From a virus (lineage: Duplodnaviria; Heunggongvirae; Uroviricota; Caudoviricetes): a stretch of 32,689 nt of DNA. Shown one piece after another: positions 8,401 to 15,100 of this stretch. Where the stretch lies: IMG/VR virus record IMGVR_UViG_2859783438_000003, one strand, 5' to 3'. Below the pieces are notes generated by a model that saw nothing but the letters and a program-made list of their open reading frames with translations, did no database searches and was not told the DNA's origin. The number at the start of each line of letters is the position of its first letter. Within the stretch, counting starts at the first letter, position 1. The translations under genes and the position numbers were made by a program.

Positions 8401-8640
8401 CACAGTTTCTGGAACCTTAGGTACTACAGTATCAGTCAGGGTGCTATATTTTCAGATGTGATGAAAGCCTGTCAGCAGGCAGGGCGTATCGGAAATGACC
8501 CAGTAGAGAAAACGTTGACTCAGATACCGGTGCTGAGTTACCGGGAAACCGGCATCACATGACCGCTATCCTTCCAGGCCCATCCGCTCCGGTGGGCCTT
8601 TTTACTGCAGAAAACAGGTTCCCCGTTAAATGCTATGTTG

Positions 8641-8880
8641 CTCACAATTCAGTAAGTTGACAGTTGCCTGTCAGACTGGGCATTTGTTAAAAAAATTTCG
8701 CATGGTGAATCCCCCTGAGCGGAGGGGCGACTGGTGACGGTATAATCTCTGATTATCAAAACGAGAATGACGCGGGTTTAGTGGCACCGGGCTGAACTCA
8801 CCGGGAGGCACCCGGCACCATGTGCATGATGATACAGATACGCGGCTTTAGCCCCTCTCCGGAGGGGTTTTCTTGTGGGC
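8641..8880 (+). ncRNA. structured non-coding module B (paralogue of A)
   Basis: Same block order as A (ctcacaattcag, gttgacagttg, tttgttaaaa, gcatggtgaatccccctg.gcggaggggc, caccgggaggcacccggca, cccctctccggagggg + T-run); preceded by its own hairpin + T-run. Confidence 0.25.
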
Positions 8881-9102
8881 AAAAAAAGCCCGCGCTGGGA
8901 GACGCGGGCGGCAAGGAATAAACAATAAAACGTGAAGTAATATTTCAGCTGGCGAATAATACCCCATAGTAATCACTCTGCGCAACTGCGCGGTCTTTTT
9001 CGAATTGCGGGCTGTCGTCTCTCTTCTGCCATTGTCCTGTAACTTCCGGACTTCAGCCCGCTCCTTATTTTACTCACAATATTATCCCGGCCGGGAGGAT
9101 TC

Positions 9103-10956
9103 ATGGCATTTAAACACTATGACGTGGTCAGGGCGGCATCGCCGTCAGACCTTGCGAAACGACTGACACAAAAACTGAAGGAGGGCTGGCAGCCGTTTGG
9201 TAGTCCGGTGGCCATAACCCCTTATACCCTGATGCAGGCGATTGCAGCAGAAGGTGATGTGGTCGTCAGTGGTGCAACTGAGCCGGAGTGGTACTACGTC
9301 ATCGTACTGGCCGGGCAATCCAATGCCATGGCTTACGGTGAAGGTCTTCCGCTTCCGGATTCATACGATGCGCCCCATCCGCGCATTAAGCAACTGGCCC
9401 GTCGTAACACAGTGACTCCCGGTGGTGAAGTATGCGTATTTAACGACATCATTCCTGCTGACCATTGTCTGCATGATGTTCAGGATATGAGTACGATTAA
9501 CCATCCCCGGGCTGACCTGAGCAAAGGGCAGTACGGCTGTGTCGGACAGGGCTTACATATTGCCAAAAAACTGCTTCCGTATATCCCTAATAATGCGGGG
9601 ATCCTGCTGGTACCATGCTGTTGTGGTGGTTCGGCATTCACCCAGGGCACGGAGGGGACATTCAGCGAGTCCACGGGGGCCAGTCAGGATTCGGCTCGCT
9701 GGGGAGTGGGTAAGCCGTTATATCAGGATCTGCTTTTCCGCACGAAGGCAGCATTGCAGAAAAACCCGAAAAACGTTTTGCTGGCGATATGCTGGATGCA
9801 GGGGGAATTCGATATGACGAATGCCAGTTACGCCCAGCAGCCAGCAGCATTTCTTGCAATGGTACAGCAGTTCCGTGCTGACCTTGCCGGGCTGGCGGCG
9901 CAGTGTCACGGTGGAAGTCCGGCATCAGTCCCCTGGATTTGTGGCGACACGACATACGCGTGGAAACAAGAACACGGTACGCAATATGAAGTGGTATATG
10001 GTGCATATAAAGGTAAAGAATCCCAGCAGATTTATTTTGTTCCCTTTATGACCGATGGTAGCGGAGTTAATACACCGACAAACAACCCGTCAGAAGATCC
10101 TGATATTGCCGGGTCTGGTTATTACGGTTCGGCATCCCGAACGAACAAAAACTGGGTATCATCAAATCGCCCGACGCATTTCAGCTCATGGGCGCGTCGT
10201 GGCATTATTCCCGATCGTATGGCAACTGCTATTCTGAACGTAGCCGGTCGCACCTTAGCCTTCATTAGTGGTAAGGCACCGGAAATCAAACCCTCGCCCG
10301 GCGGCGACACGCCATCGGGGCCGTCTGAAGATGCATCCATACGCACAATCTCCCTGTTGCCGACAGCCGGAGACGCTGCTGCGCAGGGCTGGAGCATTAA
10401 GAATGGCGGAGTTCAGTTGTCAGATGGTGTATTTAAGATCACCAAGCAGAGCAATAAAGCCTGGTCCCTGACGCGCCCGGTGGATGACGCAGTCTCCCTG
10501 CTGACACGGGGTGGCAGACTGAGCTGTAAGTTTCGACTGTCAGGCGCACTGACCAACAACCAGTTCGGTCTGGGAATTTATCTGTATACCGATGTAGCGT
10601 TACCTGACGTCGTGGCGATGACCGGGACTGGTAACCCGTTCCTGATGTCGTTCTTCACCCAGACCACAGACGGCAAACTGAATCTGATGCATCACAAGAA
10701 AGCAGGAAACACAAAGTTGGGCGAGTTCGGGAATTACAGTAACGACTGGCTGACGCTGGAGCTGGTGTTCACCGCCGGCAGTGCCACGGTTACTCCGAAA
10801 CTGAATGGAGTGGCTGGCCCGGCATTCCAGGTCATAAAAGACAGTCTGACACTGGGGCTGAATGCGCTGACGCTGACGGATATTACCAAAAATGCAGCGT
10901 ATGGCGTTGAGATAGAAAGTCTGGTGCTGGAGATAAATGCACCGGCATCATCATAA
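9103..10956 (+). CDS. NanS-p-like sialate O-acetylesterase (DUF1737 N-terminal domain + SGNH/SASA esterase core)
   Basis: 617 aa; N-terminus MAFKHYDVVRAASPSDLAKRL... and VIVLAGQSNAMAYGEG with the SGNH-type Ser; sits where prophage nanS-p genes sit downstream of the Q-tRNA block. Confidence 0.8.
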   Translation: MAFKHYDVVRAASPSDLAKRLTQKLKEGWQPFGSPVAITPYTLMQAIAAEGDVVVSGATEPEWYYVIVLAGQSNAMAYGEGLPLPDSYDAPHPRIKQLARRNTVTPGGEVCVFNDIIPADHCLHDVQDMSTINHPRADLSKGQYGCVGQGLHIAKKLLPYIPNNAGILLVPCCCGGSAFTQGTEGTFSESTGASQDSARWGVGKPLYQDLLFRTKAALQKNPKNVLLAICWMQGEFDMTNASYAQQPAAFLAMVQQFRADLAGLAAQCHGGSPASVPWICGDTTYAWKQEHGTQYEVVYGAYKGKESQQIYFVPFMTDGSGVNTPTNNPSEDPDIAGSGYYGSASRTNKNWVSSNRPTHFSSWARRGIIPDRMATAILNVAGRTLAFISGKAPEIKPSPGGDTPSGPSEDASIRTISLLPTAGDAAAQGWSIKNGGVQLSDGVFKITKQSNKAWSLTRPVDDAVSLLTRGGRLSCKFRLSGALTNNQFGLGIYLYTDVALPDVVAMTGTGNPFLMSFFTQTTDGKLNLMHHKKAGNTKLGEFGNYSNDWLTLELVFTAGSATVTPKLNGVAGPAFQVIKDSLTLGLNALTLTDITKNAAYGVEIESLVLEINAPASS

Positions 10957-11041
10957 AAAGTGAGCCAGCCAAATGGAAGGTATCGTTAAACTCACCGGTA
11001 GTGTCAGTGGGTCGTCTGAGATGCCTGCATGAGTTATCAGA

Positions 11042-11071
11042 GCCATCAGTACTTAACTGGTGGCTTTTTTT
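11042..11071 (+). terminator. intrinsic terminator between nanS-p and S
   Basis: Hairpin gccatcag...ctggtggc followed by ttttttt; lies inside the upstream extension of the holin ORF, arguing for the 11107 start. Confidence 0.4.
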
Positions 11072-11106
11072 ATTGTTGTCAGCTTCCGGATAACGGGAGA
11101 CGGGGT

Positions 11107-11322
11107 ATGTACCAGATGGAAAAAATCACAACAGGTGTGTCATACACCACGTCAGCGGTGGGAACGGGCTACTGGTTCCTGCAGTTGCTGGACAGGGTTT
11201 CCCCGTCTCAGTGGGCGGCAATAGGCGTGCTGGGGAGTCTGCTGTTTGGGCTGCTGACATATCTGACTAACCTGTATTTCAAAATCAGAGAGGACCGTCG
11301 TAAGGCTGCACGGGGAGAGTAA
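11107..11322 (+). CDS. S: holin S, class II / pinholin-like (S21 type), dual-start motif
   Basis: [71 protein letters not shown]; two TM segments and a charged C-terminus; Met1/Met4 dual start. Confidence 0.8.
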   Translation: MYQMEKITTGVSYTTSAVGTGYWFLQLLDRVSPSQWAAIGVLGSLLFGLLTYLTNLYFKIREDRRKAARGE

Positions 11323-11326
11323 TTCA

Positions 11327-11641
11327 ATGACTCAAAACTATGAACTGATTGTGAAAGGGATCCGCAATTTTGAGAATAAAGTTACGGTAACTTTAGCGTT
11401 ACGGGACAAAAAACGCTTTGACGGTGAAATTTTTGACCTGGACATCTCGCTGGACCGTGTTGAAGGTGCCGCGCTGGAGTTTTATGAGGCAGCAGCCAGA
11501 AGGAGCATCAGACAGGTCTTCCTGGATGTTGCTGCCGGGTTATGTGAAGGGGACGAGCTGTTGCCAGAAACGCGCCCCTGTTCAGAGGCGCGGTATACCA
11601 TAAAAATTAACAGTTCTGATAACTCGATTACGGGTTGTTAG
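11327..11641 (+). CDS. YdfR-like protein (DUF1327) between holin and endolysin
   Basis: 104-aa ORF in the holin-to-endolysin position, as in cryptic lambdoid prophages of E. coli; assignment by position and recollection, not by search. Confidence 0.5.
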   Translation: MTQNYELIVKGIRNFENKVTVTLALRDKKRFDGEIFDLDISLDRVEGAALEFYEAAARRSIRQVFLDVAAGLCEGDELLPETRPCSEARYTIKINSSDNSITGC

Positions 11642-11696
11642 CTTTTTGCAGTTGGCTTTCCAGTATCTTTCATTGGTAGCATCCTGATAAATATCC

Positions 11697-11750
11697 ATGA
11701 GCGCAAAAATCAAATACGGCCTGTCAGCTGCTGTTCTGGCGCTGATTGCA
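11697..11750 (+). pseudogene. R: SAR endolysin R, only the N-terminal signal-anchor retained
   Basis: Frame opens MSAKIKYGLSAAVLALIA, then loses lysozyme-like sequence and stops after 56 codons inside a tandem repeat. Confidence 0.5.
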
Positions 11751-11873
11751 AAATGGCATCTGAATCGATCGCAGTTTGGCATTCGAATCGATCATGATTT
11801 GGCATCCATCTCCGATCACAGTTTGGCATCACAATCGATCACGATTTGGCATACTTCCGATCATTGATTGGAA
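11751..11873 (+). repeat. five tandem 23-24-bp direct repeats (TTTGGCAT..ATCGATCA..A), each with a GATC, ending at the gap
   Basis: Units read at 11751, 11775, 11798, 11822, 11845, then ttggaa and the N run. Confidence 0.8.
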
Positions 11874-11973
11874 NNNNNNNNNNNNNNNNNNNNNNNNNNN
11901 NNNNNNNNNNNNNNNNNNNNNNNNNNNNNNNNNNNNNNNNNNNNNNNNNNNNNNNNNNNNNNNNNNNNNNNNN
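11874..11973. other. assembly gap (100 N), size unknown
   Basis: Run of N between the tandem repeats and an inverted IS3-family left end. Confidence 0.95.
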
Positions 11974-12145
11974 AAGAGATAATCGGGAAGCGCCTTCACT
12001 GATCGAAAGTTGATTTTCAAGAACCGTTCTGACAGCTTCGGCTTTGAACTCTTTAGAGTAACGTTGGGTTTTTCTGCTCATTATTAGCTCCTTCTGATGC
12101 CATTCTATTTCAGGAAGGAGTGTCCGTTAAACTCAGGCTACCTCA
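11974..12145 (-). mobile_element. IS3-family (IS600-like) left end, second copy, inverted relative to 1507..1955
   Basis: Reverse complement of the 1507..1680 sequence (1 mismatch seen); orfA N-terminus MSRKTQRYSKEFKAEAVRTVLENQLSISEGASRLSL on the minus strand; terminal ...cctca at 12145. Confidence 0.75.
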
Positions 12146-12292
12146 GCCGGAAGAACAGACTGGCTTCCTCTCTGTTCATCGGCAGATAGCCTATTTCATC
12201 CAGGATCAACACCCGGGCATAACTCAGTTGCTGTAGCTGACGCTCCAGCCGGTTTTCCTGTTTCGCTTTCAATGTAAAAGTCCTCTCTGCTC
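12146..12292 (-). pseudogene. fragment of an IS21-family IstB-like AAA+ helper gene
   Basis: Minus-strand translation ...KQENRLERQLQQLSYARVLILDEIGYLPMNREEASLFFRL has the LILDE.GY Walker-B signature; stop just upstream and the IS3-family end downstream. Confidence 0.4.
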
Positions 12293-12395
12293 AGCATGTT
12301 GATGTCCTTTCTGGTGTGAGAACCTTAAGGAAACAACATGTTGGGTGGAGCGGACAATCCAAATGGCGAATTACCGTCTTATATCACTGGCGCTG

Positions 12396-12473
12396 ACATC
12401 TCCGGATGACGGGGGCAGCTGTTATCTCTGGCTCAACCGTGGGCAACCACCCGCAGTTAACCGGCGACGATAA
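12396..12473 (+). pseudogene. 3' remnant of a lambda FII-like head-tail joining gene
   Basis: Translation ...SPDDGGSCYLWLNRGQPPAVNRRR* resembles the lambda FII C-terminus; no similarity further upstream. Confidence 0.5.
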
Positions 12474-12487
12474 ACGCAGGGTGAATT

Positions 12488-13063
12488 ATGGCGATAAAAG
12501 GGCTTGATCAGGCGATTGACAATCTGAGCCGGGTTCGTAAAAACGCCATTCCGGCTGCTTCTGCAATGACCATTAACCGCGTGGCCACAACGGCGATTAA
12601 TCAGTCTTCGTCACAGGTTGCCCGGGAAACCAGGGTGAGACGGAAACTGGTAAAGGAACGGTCCAGACTGAAACGGGCGACGGTCAGAAATCCGAATGCC
12701 AGAATTATCGTTAACCGCGGTGATCTCCCTGTGATTAAGCTGGGGATCAGAATGCTGGGGCGTCGTCCGAACAGCATACTCAAAGCCGGTCAGCATCGTT
12801 ATCAGCGGGCATTTATCCAGCGATTAAATAATGGGCGCTGGCATGTTATGCAACGTCTTCCCCAGGCCAGATATGAGGAGGGCAATGACGACAAGGGAAG
12901 GAAAAAGCGTAATCGCCTTCCCATTCAGGTGGTGAAAATCCCGATGGCGGCCCCACTGAAACAGGCATTTGATGAGAATGTTGACCGTATCCGGCGTGAA
13001 CGCCTGCCTAAAGAACTGGCATACGCGCTGAAACAACAACTGAGGATTGCGATAAAACGATGA
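12488..13063 (+). CDS. Z: tail completion protein Z
   Basis: MAIKGLDQAIDNLSRVRKNAIPAASAMTINRV... and C-terminal [23 protein letters not shown] closely resemble lambda gpZ. Confidence 0.85.
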   Translation: MAIKGLDQAIDNLSRVRKNAIPAASAMTINRVATTAINQSSSQVARETRVRRKLVKERSRLKRATVRNPNARIIVNRGDLPVIKLGIRMLGRRPNSILKAGQHRYQRAFIQRLNNGRWHVMQRLPQARYEEGNDDKGRKKRNRLPIQVVKIPMAAPLKQAFDENVDRIRRERLPKELAYALKQQLRIAIKR

Positions 13064-13455
13064 AACACACTGACATTCGTGCCGCAGTGCTGGATGCACT
13101 CGAGCAGCATGAACACGGGGCGACGCTGTTTGATGGTCGCCCCGTTGTTTTTGACGAAGAGGATTTTCCTGCGATCGCGGTTTATCTGACGGATGCAGAG
13201 TATACCGGTGAAGAGCTGGATGCAGATACCTGGCGGGCCACACTGCATATTGAGGTGTTTTTACCGGCACAGGTACCTGATTCGGAGCTCGATCAGTGGA
13301 TGGAAAGCCGGATTTATCCGGCGATGACTGCGATCCCTGCACTGGCAGGACTGATTACCACGATGGTTACGCAGGGCTATGAGTATCGTCGTGATGACGA
13401 TATGGCGTTATGGAGCTCTGCGGATCTGACTTATTCCATTACATACGAGATGTGA
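13060..13455 (+). CDS. U: tail terminator protein U
   Basis: [43 protein letters not shown]... ...[10 protein letters not shown] resembles lambda gpU. Confidence 0.85.
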   Translation: MKHTDIRAAVLDALEQHEHGATLFDGRPVVFDEEDFPAIAVYLTDAEYTGEELDADTWRATLHIEVFLPAQVPDSELDQWMESRIYPAMTAIPALAGLITTMVTQGYEYRRDDDMALWSSADLTYSITYEM

Positions 13456-13462
13456 GGACGAT

Positions 13463-14215
13463 ATGGCAACACCAAATCCCCTGGAGCCGGTAAAAGGTGC
13501 CGGTACCACTCTGTGGGTTTACAACGGCAAGGCTGATGCTTATGCAAACCCGTTGTCAGACGATGACTGGCAGCGACTGGCTAAGGTGAAGGATCTGACG
13601 CCGGGCGAGATGACGGCTGAATCCTATGATGATAACTACCTGGATGATGAAGACGCGGACTGGAGCGCGACCGGGCAGGGGCAGAAATCTGCAGGTGATA
13701 CCAGTTTTACGCTGGCCTGGAAACCGGGAGAGGAAGGCCAGAAAGGGCTTATAGGCTGGTTTGAAAGCGGCGATGTCCGGGCCTATAAAATCCGTTTTCC
13801 GAATGGCACGGTGGATGTGTTTCGTGGCTGGGTCAGCAGTATCGGTAAGGCCGTGACGGCGAAAGAAGTGATCACCCGCACGGTGAAAGTCACTAACGTG
13901 GGTAAACCTTCTGTAGCGGAAGAACGCAGCAAAATTACGCCGGTCAGTGCGATTAAGGTGACGCCGACATCCGGTACGGTGGCAAAAGGGAAAACAACCA
14001 CCCTGACGGTTTCTTTTGAGCCGGAAAGTGCAACCGACAAGACGTTCAGAGCGGTTTCCGCCGATCCGTCGAAAGCCACCATTAGTGTGAAAGATATGAC
14101 AATTACGGTAAACGGCGTGGCGACAGGTAAGGTGCAGATCCCTGTGGTGAGCGGAAATGGTCAGTTCGCCGCAGTGGCTGAAGTCACCGTTACTGAAGCG
14201 GGCGCTGCAGGGTAA
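13463..14215 (+). CDS. V: major tail protein V with C-terminal Ig-like domain
   Basis: [18 protein letters not shown]...[41 protein letters not shown] resembles lambda gpV. Confidence 0.9.
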   Translation: MATPNPLEPVKGAGTTLWVYNGKADAYANPLSDDDWQRLAKVKDLTPGEMTAESYDDNYLDDEDADWSATGQGQKSAGDTSFTLAWKPGEEGQKGLIGWFESGDVRAYKIRFPNGTVDVFRGWVSSIGKAVTAKEVITRTVKVTNVGKPSVAEERSKITPVSAIKVTPTSGTVAKGKTTTLTVSFEPESATDKTFRAVSADPSKATISVKDMTITVNGVATGKVQIPVVSGNGQFAAVAEVTVTEAGAAG

Positions 14216-14228
14216 ACGGAGGTAATAC

Positions 14229-14660
14229 ATGTTTCTGAAAACAGAACAATTTGAATATAACGGTGTGTCTGTCACGCTTTCCGAATTGTCTGCGCTGCAG
14301 CGTATCGAGCATCTTGCCCTCCTGAAACGGCGTGCAGAACAGGCAGAATCCAGCGGCAACCTGCAGGTAAGCGTGGAAGATCTCGTCAGAACCGGCGCGT
14401 TTCTGGTGGCGATGTCCCTGTGGCATAACCATCCACAGAAAACGCAGTCACCGTCAATGAATGAGGCCGTGATGAAGATAGAGCAGGAAGTGCTCACCAC
14501 CTGGCCTGCCGATGCCATTGCCCGGGCGGAAGACGTGGTGTTGTGCCTGTCCGGGATGATCGAAGCTGTTCGTCCGGATACTGATATTACTGAAGTGGCG
14601 AAAAATAACACGCTGACTGATGATGATTTTTCTGCGGGAAAGTCTTCGACGGCGAGCTGA
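14229..14660 (+). CDS. G: tail assembly chaperone G
   Basis: MFLKTEQFEYNGVSVTLSELSALQRIEHLALLKRRAEQAES... resembles lambda gpG; slippery GGGAAAG near the 3' end. Confidence 0.85.
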   Translation: MFLKTEQFEYNGVSVTLSELSALQRIEHLALLKRRAEQAESSGNLQVSVEDLVRTGAFLVAMSLWHNHPQKTQSPSMNEAVMKIEQEVLTTWPADAIARAEDVVLCLSGMIEAVRPDTDITEVAKNNTLTDDDFSAGKSSTAS

Positions 14661-15100
14661 ACTTTGCCCTCAGACTGGCGCGTGAGATGGGGAGACCCGA
14701 CTGGCGCGCCATGCTTGCCGGGATGACATCCACCGAATATGCCGACTGGCGCCGTTTTTACCGCACGCATTATTTTCAGGATACCCAGCTGGATATGCAT
14801 TTTTCCGGGCTGACGTACGCTGTACTCAGCCTGTTTTTTTGCGATCCGGATATGCATCCCTCTGATTTCAGTCTGCTTGTCCCCCGGCATGAGGAAGAGC
14901 AGGTGGAGAGGCCGGATGAGGACAAAATGCTGATGCAGAAAGCGGCAGGACTTGCCGGAGGCGTCCGGTTCGGTGGGGACGGAGGGCGCGATATTTTATC
15001 GTCTGCGGATGTGGCGGATGTCATGGTGGATGATGCCGCATTAATGATGGCTTCAGCGGGGATTCCGGGAGGTGTGAGATATGTCCCAGCCGGTTGGTGA
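14229..15100 (+). CDS. T: tail assembly chaperone G-T, made by programmed -1 frameshift at G GGA AAG (14636..14642)
   Basis: Slippery heptamer in the zero frame of G; the -1 frame continues GKVFDGELNFALRLAREMGRPDWRAMLAGMTSTEY..., matching lambda gpT. Confidence 0.75.

Noticed and set aside
8127-9102. Looked for stxA/stxB between the tRNA array and nanS-p
   Set aside because: No ORF in any frame resembles Stx A or B subunits; the interval is filled by the two non-coding modules.
11029-11106. Upstream extension of the holin ORF (track start 11029)
   Set aside because: Contains an intrinsic terminator hairpin and T-run; the S21-type holin motif begins at the Met at 11107.
11751-11873. Tandem repeats considered as a CRISPR array
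   Set aside because: Units are 23-24 bp and directly abut one another with no unique spacers; no cas genes nearby.
11874-11973. Possibility that terminase and head genes are hidden in the N gap
   Set aside because: The FII 3' remnant directly upstream of Z is separated from the gap by IS3-family and IstB-like fragments, so an intact head module in the gap is unlikely; not excluded without gap closure.
13556-14890. 444-aa minus-strand ORF, and similar minus-strand ORFs at 17007..17864, 18385..19122, 21444..22319 and 22160..23365
   Set aside because: Antisense to well-supported lambda-like tail genes (V, G, H, L, J); Cys/Arg-rich translations typical of shadow ORFs in GC-rich coding DNA.
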